Shown: positions 1-9,731 of the stretch, piece after piece
Layout of the letters: each line of letters opens with the position of its first letter
Position numbering within the stretch: position 1 is the first letter of the stretch
NCBI GenBank assembly: GCA_963842085.1
Contig: CAWJET010000001.1
Span: forward strand, 3,040,001 to 3,104,000
Source: an uncultured delta proteobacterium
Lineage (GTDB): Bacteria; Desulfobacterota; Binatia; Binatales; Binataceae
Reading direction: 5' to 3'
Length of the DNA stretch: 64,000 nt
Made by a program: the position numbers and the translations under genes
The notes under the pieces: model-generated
Told to the model about the DNA's origin: nothing
Databases searched by the model: none
What the model saw: only the letters and a program-made list of their open reading frames with translations

Positions 1-249
1 GGCTCGGTTACTGGCAATTACACCTACGTCGGCACCTATCAGGTTACCGTACCCGCGGGCACTTTCCCAGCTGTGCTGTTCCGCGTCTATTGCGATGGCA
101 AGGTTGGCCCTGCTCATACGGTGAACACCGGTTACAACTTTTTCGCACCTGGCGTCGGCATGGTCGCGATGATTCTGCAGGAAGACGTGACGGCTTTCTG
201 GCTCTTCAACATCGACACCACGACAGGCAAGGTTCTGATGTCGAACTGA
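1..249 (+). CDS. C-terminal part of a hypothetical (probably exported, beta-rich) protein with a VTVPAGTF motif; 5' end lies outside the window
   Basis: Frame 1 is open from base 1 to TGA at 247-249: GSVTGNYTYVGTYQVTVPAGTFPAVLFRV...FFAPGVGMV. The VTVPAGTF...APGVG pattern is typical of DUF3108-like exported proteins. Confidence 0.6.
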   Translation, partial: GSVTGNYTYVGTYQVTVPAGTFPAVLFRVYCDGKVGPAHTVNTGYNFFAPGVGMVAMILQEDVTAFWLFNIDTTTGKVLMSN

Positions 250-426
250 AAATGTGGTTGCGCATCAAGTCCAATTGCGGCAATTTGCTGAAAGCGAAAA
301 GGCGGCCGGCGCCAAGGTCGCTGTCGCGCGGTCTTGAATCGCGCGGTCAAGGCCAATCGGCTGGTGATTCTCGATGAGACGCTTCCGGCTCGTGCAGGCG
401 GTATAAACTTTCGATCCGGGACAAAA

Positions 427-897
427 GTGAATCCAACGAACGTCGGCACATGGATCGACGACTGGGCTTGGAGCTTACCTTTGATTGTGGTGACCGTGGT
501 GACTCACGTCTGCGGTCTCGCTCTCATCGGTGGAAAATTCGTGGCTGTTCTCAGCGAACCATTGGATCGTCGCAGCTTTATCCCCAGATTCGGAGTGGTG
601 ATTGGCGGTACAGCTTTGCTGGCCACCCTTCTCCACGGAATCGAGGGGGCCATTTGGGCTACTGCGTACCGGATTCTCGGCGCGCTGCCAGACAACCGAT
701 CCGCGATGCTTTATTCGCTCAGCGCGATGACTAGCTACGGTCACGCGAACTTGTTTCTGAAGGATCGCTGGCAGTTGATGGGCGCTTTGGAGGCGCTAAA
801 TGGGATGCTGCTATTCGGATTAACGACGGCCTTTCTGTTCGGCATGATCCAGAGGGTGTGGCCGCTCGGTACCAGAGAACGGCACCGGAGCCTGTAG
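427..897 (+). CDS. Small membrane protein, ion channel (Ion_trans_2 / K+ channel pore-like) family
   Basis: Three hydrophobic helices with a pore-helix-like segment AMLYSLSAMTSYGHA, followed by EALNGMLLFGLTTA. GTG start at 427 is in frame with ORF 334..897. Confidence 0.65.
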   Translation: MNPTNVGTWIDDWAWSLPLIVVTVVTHVCGLALIGGKFVAVLSEPLDRRSFIPRFGVVIGGTALLATLLHGIEGAIWATAYRILGALPDNRSAMLYSLSAMTSYGHANLFLKDRWQLMGALEALNGMLLFGLTTAFLFGMIQRVWPLGTRERHRSL

Positions 898-1026
898 CAC
901 ACCAAAATCTTCGCTACAAAGCAATCTCCTTCAGGCGTCGGCCTGCTTATAAGAGTTGCGACATTAGAAACTACCTCACACTTCGCGGTTCAGATCATGC
1001 TGACAGCGCAAACAGAATTGTACTCG

Positions 1027-1593
1027 TTACGGAGTCTGGTCTTGGATCGCTATGTTGATACGGCGATTCTGGGCACGCCCTTCCGGCGTGTCATTTGGCC
1101 CGATAGGACGATATTGACCGAATGCCACCGCAGAAAGCTGATTCGGATCGAGACCCTGAGCCACCAGGAAGCGAACCACTGAGATCGCGCGCGCGGCAGA
1201 GAGGTCCCAGTTGGTCGGGAAACGCCCAGAGAGCGGTGGCAGTATTGGCAGGTTGTCGGTGTAGCCCTCGATGACGATCTGTTTGCCGGCTACTCCCTGT
1301 AAGGCAGGGACGATTTTGTTCAACTCCTGCTGTCCCTGCTGATGTAGCTCCCATCCGCCCTCTGGGAACAGAATAGCATTGACCATCGTCACCTCTAATC
1401 GGTTCTGCAACTGTCTGACCTTTACCTGATCGGAATTAACTTCAGTCTGCAGACTCTGATTGAGTTGCTGATAGGTCGAATTCATGTATTGGAGCTGCTG
1501 AACCTGTTGGACCTCCTGATTATATTGTTGTTGTGGAACGCACCCAGCGAATGACAGCGCCCCGATCATTATAATTACTCTCGTCCTGGTCAA
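1027..1593 (-). CDS. OmpA/MotB-family peptidoglycan-binding lipoprotein
   Basis: Lipobox LSFAGC, a Gln-rich coiled coil, and OmpA/MotB motifs IEGYTDN, NWDLSAARA and GRAQNRRI. TTG start follows an AAGGAG RBS. Confidence 0.85.
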   Translation of the reverse strand: MTRTRVIIMIGALSFAGCVPQQQYNQEVQQVQQLQYMNSTYQQLNQSLQTEVNSDQVKVRQLQNRLEVTMVNAILFPEGGWELHQQGQQELNKIVPALQGVAGKQIVIEGYTDNLPILPPLSGRFPTNWDLSAARAISVVRFLVAQGLDPNQLSAVAFGQYRPIGPNDTPEGRAQNRRINIAIQDQTP

Positions 1594-1666
1594 TGTGGCT
1601 CTCCTTCGATTTATTTGTGGAGCGAAATCTCCTTCCGCATAGTGCCATAGGCAGGCATCGGAGGAA

Positions 1667-1684
1667 ATTGGACCTTGGTCCAAT
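1667..1684. promoter_or_regulatory. Palindromic operator ATTGGACC-TT-GGTCCAAT upstream of the OmpA/MotB gene
   Basis: Perfect 8-bp inverted repeat. The same site recurs at 2539-2556. Confidence 0.55.
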
Positions 1685-2025
1685 CTCCAGAGGCAGCACA
1701 TCCAGCCAAGCTAGGCACTAACATCACCAATATTGGGAATTCGAACTCGGCGCGGTTGCTGATGGTGTTCATCACCCTGCTGGAAAGTCTCCCGCCGGAA
1801 GCTCCTCTTAGACCTTCAACGCACCAGATGATCACCTCCCAATTCCGAGAGCCTTTACCAAGAAGACAGGAATGCTTGAAGGCAGCTGATTCGATAGCAT
1901 GGACATTGACGACACTCAGGACCTGTCGCCGTCTCTGACCGATACTAACTCCTACGCCCGATTTATCGCCTTCGGAGTTTCGGTTTGACTAAGCAAAACC
2001 CTAGGTTAGGCGCTCGGCCTCCGCG

Positions 2026-2322
2026 TCAATCCGGGGAGTCTCTTTGCATTTCGTCATCGCTATGCGTCGACCCAACTCCGGTCGCGCGGAACAATAGCTT
2101 GGCGGAGAAGAGCTTTTCGCTAATGCGTCCTTGGGATTTGAGTTGGCCGCCACGCCGTTTGCAATGCGGACATGTCATTGGATCGCCCAGGAGGCTCGCG
2201 TTTTCGGGCGTTATTTTGAGGTCAAACTGGAACCCGCAGCCCGGATTCCGACAAACCGTGCGGTACACGATTCCCTGGCTGTCGGTTGCTCGAGATTCAT
2301 GTCTGCTCACCGTTGATTGCAT
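2026..2322 (-). CDS. Small Zn-ribbon-like hypothetical protein
   Basis: CRNPGC...CPHC cysteine pairs and a strong GGAGGAGG RBS before the ATG. Confidence 0.6.
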   Translation of the reverse strand: MQSTVSRHESRATDSQGIVYRTVCRNPGCGFQFDLKITPENASLLGDPMTCPHCKRRGGQLKSQGRISEKLFSAKLLFRATGVGSTHSDDEMQRDSPD

Positions 2323-2538
2323 TTTTCTATCCTCCTCCGTCGGGTGATTCTGCTTGAGAGTCGCTTTGGACTAAACACATTTCTATCGACTTGGCCTACT
2401 ACTCATTGACCGGACTCTTCGCCCACTACGTGCGATCGCGCGCCTCATTGCGAGAGCACGCAAGCAAGACATTGGCTCGCTCCGGATTTCTGATAAGTCT
2501 CATGCAGCGAGTTTGCGCCACTAATATTAACGAGCGCA

Positions 2539-2586
2539 ATTGGACCTTGGTCCATTGGACTAAGGTGCATGAGACTATGGTCTAAT
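2539..2586. promoter_or_regulatory. Three tandem GGAC-N4-GTCC-type operator boxes
   Basis: attGGACcttgGTCCatt, attGGACtaagGTGCatg and tgAGACtatgGTCTaat at about 15-16 bp spacing, between divergent genes. Confidence 0.55.
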
Positions 2587-2689
2587 GGAACTACCCGTTG
2601 GATTTGGGATAGCGTTCAGAGGCTACTCGGATTGCCAACGATGGGGCCGTTTTTCGCGGGTCACATCTTCAACCTGGAGGAAGATTGCT

Positions 2690-3103
2690 ATGAAGGGATT
2701 TGTGACATTGATTGCAACTGGCATCTTGATGGCCTCGGTGAGTACAGGATTCACGAAAGATCTCAGCACGGTTGGGATTGAAGAGGCGTTCATCGACGCA
2801 GTCGGGACTTGCGGCCCTTCGAGTCACGTCGCCGGTTCACTAGGCAAGAGCGAAGACCCGCAGGTAAAGATCGAACTGCGCGACGCATTGATTACCGAAG
2901 CTGCCGACGATGCCGCAGGAGTCGCCGGATCGAACAAAGCGCACAGCGAGTGCATGAAGAAAGATTTGTCGGCGCGCGGATACAGCGAAACTGATATGGC
3001 TGCGCTGCCCTATTGCGTCAAACACGACTGGCCGGATCCGTTCACCAGCCTTGGCCAATGTGTGAAGAGTCACAGCCGCCTCGAAGGCGCCATCAAGAAG
3101 TAG
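2690..3103 (+). CDS. Exported hypothetical protein with 4 Cys
   Basis: GGAGG RBS, signal peptide MKGFVTLIATGILMASVSTGFT, and four Cys in the mature part. Confidence 0.65.
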   Translation: MKGFVTLIATGILMASVSTGFTKDLSTVGIEEAFIDAVGTCGPSSHVAGSLGKSEDPQVKIELRDALITEAADDAAGVAGSNKAHSECMKKDLSARGYSETDMAALPYCVKHDWPDPFTSLGQCVKSHSRLEGAIKK

Positions 3104-3225
3104 CCGTGTAGAGCGCTTGCTTGCATACCGGCCGTCCCGGAGCGCCTCGCCCGCCCTTGTCAGCTATTAACTGGTGATAGATCTCGGCCGTGAAGAAGCG
3201 GGTCTTTGGGCACTCCTGCAGGAGG

Positions 3226-3880
3226 CAGTCGAGAATCGACTTCGGCGAAGCGCGGGGAGTGATCGGCGGAGTGGAGCGGAAGACCCACTTCTTCGCGATG
3301 GATCTGCCGCACAGCGACGGCTGCCTGGTGCAGACCTGCCCGGTCGAGAGAGGCGAAGCCTTCTGCGAGGGACATCGCGTCGGCTTCGAGTTCTTCGGCG
3401 GCGTGCCGCGTTCGATCGTGTACGACAACCTCAAGCTGGCGGTGGCGCGCATTTTGGGGGACGGCCGGCGGCTCAGGGATCCGGTCTTCAGCGAGTCGCA
3501 GTCGCACTACCTGTTCGCCGATCGCTTCTTACGACCCCGGAAGGGCAACGACAAGGGCAAGGTCAAGGATTGGTGGGCGCGCGGTGCAACTTCATGGTGC
3601 CGATCCCTAACGCGACCAGCTTCGATCACCAGCTCGTGGACGTAACCGCGTACCAGCACTCGCGGTGGCCGTAAGCGGTGGGCACCGAATAGTCTTTGCC
3701 CGTAGCGTACCAGAGAGAGCGAGCTGACCCAGACTGCTCTTTTCTCGCAAGCTTCATAGGGAGTGGCCGGCAACGGTAGGAAGGCCCCGCGGTCTCGCAC
3801 CAAGCGCTTGCCGATGGTCTCATCATGGCCGCGCAGCCGGTCGTTCAATCGGCGCCGTCAGCGGTTCGCAGCGAACAACT
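3226..3880. mobile_element. istA: Degenerate IS21-family transposase (istA) remnant with frameshifts and an inverted segment
   Basis: The + strand carries the IstA core (IDFGEA...FFAMDLPHSD...FFGGVPRSIVYDNLKLAV...KGNDKGKV, then NFMVPIP). The - strand at ~3630-3880 carries the following IstA segment (RLRGHDETIG...LPLPATPYEACEKR..VSSLSLVRY / DYSVPTAYGHR). Confidence 0.8.
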
Positions 3881-4121
3881 CTGTTTTGTGCCGCCCCGTG
3901 GCGCCCAAAAGCGTCTTTGCAATACATTCCTTCTACAATCTCAGGAAGACATGAGGTCGGAACGCGACTGTGGGGGAATTTGTGGGGACCCTCGGTCACA
4001 TTCGATACCACTGGGTAGCAGCAGTCGTCCTTTTCAAAATACCGGAGAACCCTTCGCGCACAATGACTTCATACCTATCTGGTGATACTGAGCAATACCC
4101 GTGAAAACCTGCCCTCAACGA

Positions 4122-4166
4122 CTGTTAACCGTCATGTCGCTGGTTCGAATCCGGCCCGAGGAGCCA
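4122..4166 (+). tRNA. 3' fragment of tRNA-Asn(GTT), probable attR of an integrated element
   Basis: CTGTTAA anticodon loop, GCTGG-TTCGAAT-CCGGC T-arm and CCGAGGA-G-CCA 3' end. No 5' acceptor strand (TCCTCGG) or D-arm upstream. Confidence 0.8.
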
Positions 4167-4267
4167 CTCTTAGAGTGGCTAATACCAAGGCTTTTTCATC
4201 GAGCTCGAATGACGGCCAGCACATCCACCTGTTGCCGTAGGTTGTTGCGAGCGGACTGCTCGCCCGG

Positions 4268-4453
4268 CTACTCGCGAATTCGCAGAGCTTTCGAAGGACA
4301 GGCCGCCACTGTGGTCCGCACCTCTGCCTCGCTCGCTGCGCCGGGATCGATAACGAATTTGCCGTTCTCGATCTTGAAGACCTGCGGCAAAGTCTTCACG
4401 CAATTTCCTGAGTGGATGCAGATCTTTGAGTCCCAGATTACTTGCAAAGCCAT
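4268..4453 (-). CDS. Small divergent ferredoxin ((4Fe-4S)/(3Fe-4S) mono-cluster, Fer4_19-like)
   Basis: CIHSGNC...PQVF...CPSKAL motif and a GGAGG RBS. Confidence 0.8.
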   Translation of the reverse strand: MALQVIWDSKICIHSGNCVKTLPQVFKIENGKFVIDPGAASEAEVRTTVAACPSKALRIRE

Positions 4454-4557
4454 CGTCCTTGACCTCCGAGGCAGCATTTATCGCGCCGACGACGGTCCGT
4501 CCGGCGCAGCCACCATATTTCGTTTCGCACGGCGGAAGGAATCCAAAATGCCGCAAG

Positions 4558-5823
4558 CTAGATGACTTTCTCTGCCTCCAGGCGCCGCATCTCTTCGTCA
4601 CTGATGCCGAGCAGTCCTTGGTAGACGCGCCGGTTGTCGTGGCCTACTCTCACGCAGCCGCGCCAGATCTTCCCTGGGGTCCGCGAGAACTTGGGAATTA
4701 CTCCGATTCCTTTCACGCGCCCTACCAAGTCGTCGTCCCATTCCGTGTGTACATCGCGCGCCTTGTAGTGGGGATCCTCGGCCAAGTCCTTGCTGTTCAT
4801 GATCGGGGTACAGGCAACTTCTGCGTCGTTCATCAGTTTGACGACTTCGGCGACACTCCGTTCACATACCCATCCGCGGAAGATGGCGTCGAACTCGATT
4901 CCTTCCATCGACTCGACTTCAAACTGTGCCTTGCGCCACTTGGGATCGTTGCTGTCCAACCCCACCACCCGCAGTACGCGCTCGAACACCGGCCAACTCA
5001 CGGCACCGATGGCCACCCATCCATCAGTTGCGGCAAAAGTGTCATAGGGTTGGAAGGCGGTTGCCTTGTTGCCTGAGCGTTCCCGAATCACCTGCTTGTG
5101 AAAATACTCAATCATCGTGCCGCCCAGGGTATGATGGATTGCCTCGAATTGCGCGACATCGATTACCTGGCCCTGGCCCGTGGAGCGCGCGTAGAGCAGG
5201 CCCGCCATCGCCATGCCGAAACACATGTACGCGGTAAGGTAGTCTCCGGTCCACGGAGCGGCGCGCGTGGGTGGATTATCCGGGAATCCGGTCTGGTTCA
5301 TCATGCCGCCGAACGCCTGGCCAATAAAATCGTAGGAAGCACGACCAATGTAGCCGGGCGCGCCCGTTTGGCCGTAGCCCGACACGTGAGCAATCACCAG
5401 GCGGCGGTTCGCCTTCTGGAGAGCGAGATCGTCGAGATTCCACTTTCGATAGGTCCCCGGCTTGGAACTCTCCATCAAAAGATCCGCGCGGCTCACCAGG
5501 CGCAGAAAGATCTCACGCCCTCGCGCCTTAGACAGGTCCAGACTGATACAAAAGACGTTGCGCCGCTCCTGAATCCACGTGGCTGAAACTGGCGGGCCCC
5601 CGTCGCGAGCCTCGAGGCGGACGCCGATGGTCCTCCACGCGGCGTCACCTTCGCCCGGTTGCTCGATCTGCAGGACTTCAGCTCCGAGTTCGGCTGCCAG
5701 CTCGGCCGCGAACGGTTGCGCGACAATTCTGCCGGTCGAGATGATTCTCACTCCCTGCAGAGGCCCAAACGGTTCCCCCACCAATGTCTCCTGTCCCATT
5801 ATTGCTTCGGCCTCCCGGTTCAT
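4558..5823 (-). CDS. Family III CoA-transferase (CaiB/BaiF)
   Basis: FGPLQGVRII...AQPFAAELAAELGAEVLQIE, VSGYGQTG, catalytic Asp region WTGDY and GQGQVIDVAQFE. Confidence 0.9.
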   Translation of the reverse strand: MNREAEAIMGQETLVGEPFGPLQGVRIISTGRIVAQPFAAELAAELGAEVLQIEQPGEGDAAWRTIGVRLEARDGGPPVSATWIQERRNVFCISLDLSKARGREIFLRLVSRADLLMESSKPGTYRKWNLDDLALQKANRRLVIAHVSGYGQTGAPGYIGRASYDFIGQAFGGMMNQTGFPDNPPTRAAPWTGDYLTAYMCFGMAMAGLLYARSTGQGQVIDVAQFEAIHHTLGGTMIEYFHKQVIRERSGNKATAFQPYDTFAATDGWVAIGAVSWPVFERVLRVVGLDSNDPKWRKAQFEVESMEGIEFDAIFRGWVCERSVAEVVKLMNDAEVACTPIMNSKDLAEDPHYKARDVHTEWDDDLVGRVKGIGVIPKFSRTPGKIWRGCVRVGHDNRRVYQGLLGISDEEMRRLEAEKVI

Positions 5824-5859
5824 GATGCTCGGCCACGAGGATTACTCGGGCGCCCACAC

Positions 5860-8340
5860 CTATCCGCTTGACGATTTTTTCTGCGTTCCCCTGTCGCGAC
5901 TACGCGCGGCCAGACGTTCAAAGATGCGCAAGGGCGTAATCGGCAATTCACCAAGTTCGATACCCAGCGGCGACAGCGCGTCGTTGATCGCATTGGCGAC
6001 CGCCGCCGGCGCGCCAATCGTGCCAGATTCACCTACTCCGCGGAATCCGCCCAGCGAAGTCGGCGATGGAATATCCAGATGGCAGACCTCGATAGGCGGG
6101 ATATCGGTCGCCGTCGCAACTAGATAATCCATCAGGCTTCCCGTAATCAGTTGACCGCTCGGATCATAAACGACTTCCTCGAGCAGCGCCCCTCCAAGTC
6201 CCTGCGCCACACCGCCGCAGACCTGCCCGTCGACAATGAGAGGGTTGATCATCCGCCCGCAATCATCAGCCACGACATAACGCAAAACTGTTATGCGGAA
6301 GGTATCTGGATCGACTTCGACGACGGCGCCGTGAGTGGCGTAGCTCGCGGTGCCGTAATACGGATCGTAAAAGCAAGTCGCCTCGAGGCCCGGTTCCATT
6401 CCCTTCGGCAACCTTTTGAGCCCTGCGTACGCGGCCTTCGCGATTTCCTTTAGGCCGGCGCGCGGCCCCGTACGGTCGCCGATCACCGGCCGCGGCTCCG
6501 TGGCGCTGCTCATGGGCGATGCCGTCTCGAGGAGATGCGCCGCTATCCTCCGTACCTTTTCTCCGACAGCACGCGAGGCCATGATCGCGGCCCCGCCTCC
6601 CATCACAGCGCCGCGGCTTGCATAACTGCCGGTCCCGTATGGCGCAACGTCGGTATCGCCCCATAAGACCCTCACCTCTTCGAGCGCGACTCCCAACTCT
6701 TCGGCCACGATCTGACCGAGAGTCGTTTCCAGACCCTGACCGTGTGCGGCAACTCCAAAGATTGCGGTTATCGTTCCCGATGGGTCGACCCGCACAGTGG
6801 CGGCCTCCGTGCCGGCAGGGAGCTGCATGCCGGGAGCGGCGGACGTAGCCGAGCCGATTCCCGTGAGCTCGACGAACGACGCGAAGCCAATCCCTACCAG
6901 CCGTCCCCGCTGACGCGCTTGCGCCTGCTGTTCGCGCCACATGACGTAATCGAGCAGGTCTCTCGCCTTGAGGAGTGAGCCCGCGAAGTCGGCCAGGTCC
7001 CAAACGATCCCGGTCGGCGCCTTGTACGGGAACTCGCCGATGCGGATGTAGTTGCGCAGGCGGATCTCGATCGGATCGATTCCGAGGCGGCGCGCAGCGC
7101 GCTCGATCAACCCCTCCATCACGAAGGTCGAGATAGGACGACCCACACCTCTATACGGGCCGGTCGGAGCCTTGCACGTCGCAACCGCGCGGGCGCGCGC
7201 CCAATAGTTCGGCACGTGATACGGTCCGGGGAGAAAGCTCACCGTCTGCACGGGCTCGATACCCGCCGTCCACGGATAGACGGAGTAGGCGCCGACATCG
7301 GCGAGCACCTCGGCTTTGAGTTCAACGATCACCCCGTCACGCTTGACGGTAAGCTCGGCGTCGATGACCTCATCCCACGCCTGCGAGGTCGCCATCAGAT
7401 CCTCACGCCGGTCGCCGGTCCACTTGACCGGCCGGCAAAGCATCCGGGCGAGCGCGCAAATCGTGACTTCCTCGGGATAGACGGACGACTTGGCGCCGAA
7501 TCCGCCGCCCACGTCAATCGAGATGACCCGGACCCGGTGCTCAGCCATCCCCAATAACTCCGCCACCGCCGTACGCACCACCCCTGGGCATTGGGTTGTC
7601 GAGTGGAGCGTGAGCGAGTCTTCGGCGGGATTGAACTCAGCAATGTAGCTTCGCGGCTCGATGCATACGGCCGCATGGCGGCGGAACCTGAAACGATCGC
7701 GGAGCGTGAGCGTCCCAGCGGCATCGGGGCCCGCAGGGGGACTTGGCTCATGGTCAACGGCGTCTGCGCGCGACAGGCAGGATATTGCGGAGCCGTGTGA
7801 AAACTCACGCGAGAGCAGCACGTTGCTTTCCGCTGCTTCGTGCACGAGCGGAGCCTCGGGCTCAGCGGCCTCTTCAACATTGAAAACAGGCCCGAGCGGT
7901 TCGTAATCGATGCCAATTAGTTCCGCGGCGTCCTCGGCGATGTAACGAGTTTGCGCAACGACTGCTGCGACTGCCTCACCCACGTAGCGTACCTTGGCGA
8001 CCGCGAGCACGGGCCAGTCGGTCACCCGATAGCCGGGTGTGGTCGAGATCGCTCGCATCGGCTGCACAGACCGCGCAAGCTCCTCTCCTGTCACGACCGC
8101 AACCACGCCAGAGACGGCGCAAGCCTGAACGGTGTCGATCTGAACTATCCGCGCGTGAGCGTACGGTGCCCTCAAGAAGGCCACGTGAAGCAGACCTGGC
8201 GGCCGGTAGTCGTCGGTGAAGGAGCCGCGCCCGGTCAGAAGACGGCGATCCTCGACCCGCTTTACCCGTGCGCCAACCAGCTCGGCGCGTTGCGAATCGA
8301 GAGAAGGATGTATTGACTCAGACACGCCGCTTCTCGACAC
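5860..8340 (-). CDS. Xanthine dehydrogenase-family Mo-binding large subunit (CoxL-like)
   Basis: RVEDRRLLTGRG, DVGGGFGAK, loop PYRGVGR, HGQGLET, YASRG, GQVCGGVAQG and RGVGE. Confidence 0.9.
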   Translation of the reverse strand: MSRSGVSESIHPSLDSQRAELVGARVKRVEDRRLLTGRGSFTDDYRPPGLLHVAFLRAPYAHARIVQIDTVQACAVSGVVAVVTGEELARSVQPMRAISTTPGYRVTDWPVLAVAKVRYVGEAVAAVVAQTRYIAEDAAELIGIDYEPLGPVFNVEEAAEPEAPLVHEAAESNVLLSREFSHGSAISCLSRADAVDHEPSPPAGPDAAGTLTLRDRFRFRRHAAVCIEPRSYIAEFNPAEDSLTLHSTTQCPGVVRTAVAELLGMAEHRVRVISIDVGGGFGAKSSVYPEEVTICALARMLCRPVKWTGDRREDLMATSQAWDEVIDAELTVKRDGVIVELKAEVLADVGAYSVYPWTAGIEPVQTVSFLPGPYHVPNYWARARAVATCKAPTGPYRGVGRPISTFVMEGLIERAARRLGIDPIEIRLRNYIRIGEFPYKAPTGIVWDLADFAGSLLKARDLLDYVMWREQQAQARQRGRLVGIGFASFVELTGIGSATSAAPGMQLPAGTEAATVRVDPSGTITAIFGVAAHGQGLETTLGQIVAEELGVALEEVRVLWGDTDVAPYGTGSYASRGAVMGGGAAIMASRAVGEKVRRIAAHLLETASPMSSATEPRPVIGDRTGPRAGLKEIAKAAYAGLKRLPKGMEPGLEATCFYDPYYGTASYATHGAVVEVDPDTFRITVLRYVVADDCGRMINPLIVDGQVCGGVAQGLGGALLEEVVYDPSGQLITGSLMDYLVATATDIPPIEVCHLDIPSPTSLGGFRGVGESGTIGAPAAVANAINDALSPLGIELGELPITPLRIFERLAARSRDRGTQKKSSSG

Positions 8341-8378
8341 CTTCAGTAATCACCGCTCATCCAGGGGCAGACTCTATC

Positions 8379-8861
8379 TCAACGGGAGGGCCGAAGACGG
8401 GTGGCCGCTGCGTCAACCGCCTCTACGATGCTCTGGTAGCCGGTGCATCGGCATAAGACCGCCGATAGCGCGTGTCGGATTTCCTCTTCATTAGGGGACT
8501 GGGTCGTGCGCAGCAGATCCAGTGCGACAATCAGCATGCCCGGTGTGCAAAATCCGCATTGCAGCGCATGATGTTCCCAGAATGCCTGCTGCAACGGGTG
8601 CAGCTTGCCCTCGTGGGCAAGACCCTCGACGGTGAGCAATTCCGCGTCGTTGGCCTGCACCGCGAGCATCAGGCAGGAACGCACGGCCTCGCCGTTGAAC
8701 AAGATGGTGCACGCGCCGCATATCCCGTGTTCGCAGCCCGTATGGGTGCCGGTCAGGCCGAGGTCGTCGCGGATAAAGTCGACGAGTAGCCGGCGCGGCT
8801 CGGCCCATCCCTCGCGCAGTTCGCCGTTGACTTTCAGCTGGATCTTTCTGTGCTCCGCCAT
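8379..8861 (-). CDS. Mo-hydroxylase 2Fe-2S small subunit (CoxS/HmfC-like)
   Basis: GCEHGICGACT, QCGFCTPG and LCRCTGY. Confidence 0.93.
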   Translation of the reverse strand: MAEHRKIQLKVNGELREGWAEPRRLLVDFIRDDLGLTGTHTGCEHGICGACTILFNGEAVRSCLMLAVQANDAELLTVEGLAHEGKLHPLQQAFWEHHALQCGFCTPGMLIVALDLLRTTQSPNEEEIRHALSAVLCRCTGYQSIVEAVDAAATRLRPSR

Positions 8862-9731
8862 CTACCTTCCCCCGGCGCGATCAGTGGCGCGCACGAGGGC
8901 GCGTCGCGTCAGTACGCGCGTAAGATGCCGTCGAAAGTCGGCGGAGGCGTGAAGGTCGCCCGCTGGGTCGACGATTTCCGCCGCGCTTGCGGCCGCATTA
9001 TTGATAGCCTGCTCGCTGAGTCCTTCGCGTTCAAGAATTTCCTCCGCCGCCCGCAGTCTCATCGGAATCGGTCCGACCCCGGCGGCGGCGAGTCTCGCCG
9101 CCCGGCATCGAGCGCCGTCTACTACCACCATGGCGGCGACCGCTACAATCGCGAAGTCACCATGGCGGCGGCTGAATTCCTCAAATGCCCAACCGCTGTT
9201 GGGAGGTGCGTCCTGGAGCCGCACCTCGACGAGGATCTCATCGGGACCGAGCGCGGTGCTCATGACTCCCTGGAAGAAGTCATGCGCGCGAACGACCCGG
9301 TCACCCAGAGATCCTCGAATCACTAATTCTCCGTCCAGCGCAGTGATAACAGTCGGATACTCCGCGGCTGGATCGGCATGGGCGAGGCTGCCCCCGATAG
9401 TGCCCCTGGTGCGCGTCGGAAGATGCCCCACCAGGCGTGTTGCCTCGGCCAGCAGCGGCAGACGCTGGAGTACCACCGGAGAAAATTCGATCGCGCGCTG
9501 GCGGAGCATCGAGCCGAATCGGAGCGTGCCGTTTTCTTGCCTGAGGTACGACAGTTCGGCCACCCGATTCAGGTCTATGAGCGCGGCCGGGGCGCTCAGG
9601 CGGAAGTTCAGCAACGCGATCAGGCTCTGGCCGCCAGCCAGGATTTTCGCTTCCGGGCCGTAGCGCCGTAGCAACTCGAGCGCCTCGTCGACCGTGGTAG
9701 GATCGTGATACTCGAATGGCGAAGGTTTCAT
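8862..9731 (-). CDS. Mo-hydroxylase FAD-binding medium subunit (CoxM/HmfB-like)
   Basis: MKPSPFEY, AGGQSL, RGTIGGSLAHADPAAE and RRHGDFA. The start overlaps the stop of the upstream large subunit. Confidence 0.92.
   Translation of the reverse strand: MKPSPFEYHDPTTVDEALELLRRYGPEAKILAGGQSLIALLNFRLSAPAALIDLNRVAELSYLRQENGTLRFGSMLRQRAIEFSPVVLQRLPLLAEATRLVGHLPTRTRGTIGGSLAHADPAAEYPTVITALDGELVIRGSLGDRVVRAHDFFQGVMSTALGPDEILVEVRLQDAPPNSGWAFEEFSRRHGDFAIVAVAAMVVVDGARCRAARLAAAGVGPIPMRLRAAEEILEREGLSEQAINNAAASAAEIVDPAGDLHASADFRRHLTRVLTRRALVRATDRAGGR

Noticed and set aside
1027-1593. Flagellar stator MotB
   Set aside because: No MotB TM helix with the conserved Asp and no motA. The protein has a lipobox and only the peptidoglycan-binding domain.
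4090-4166. Intact tRNA-Asn gene
   Set aside because: The 5' acceptor strand and D-arm are absent and the anticodon stem is mismatched.
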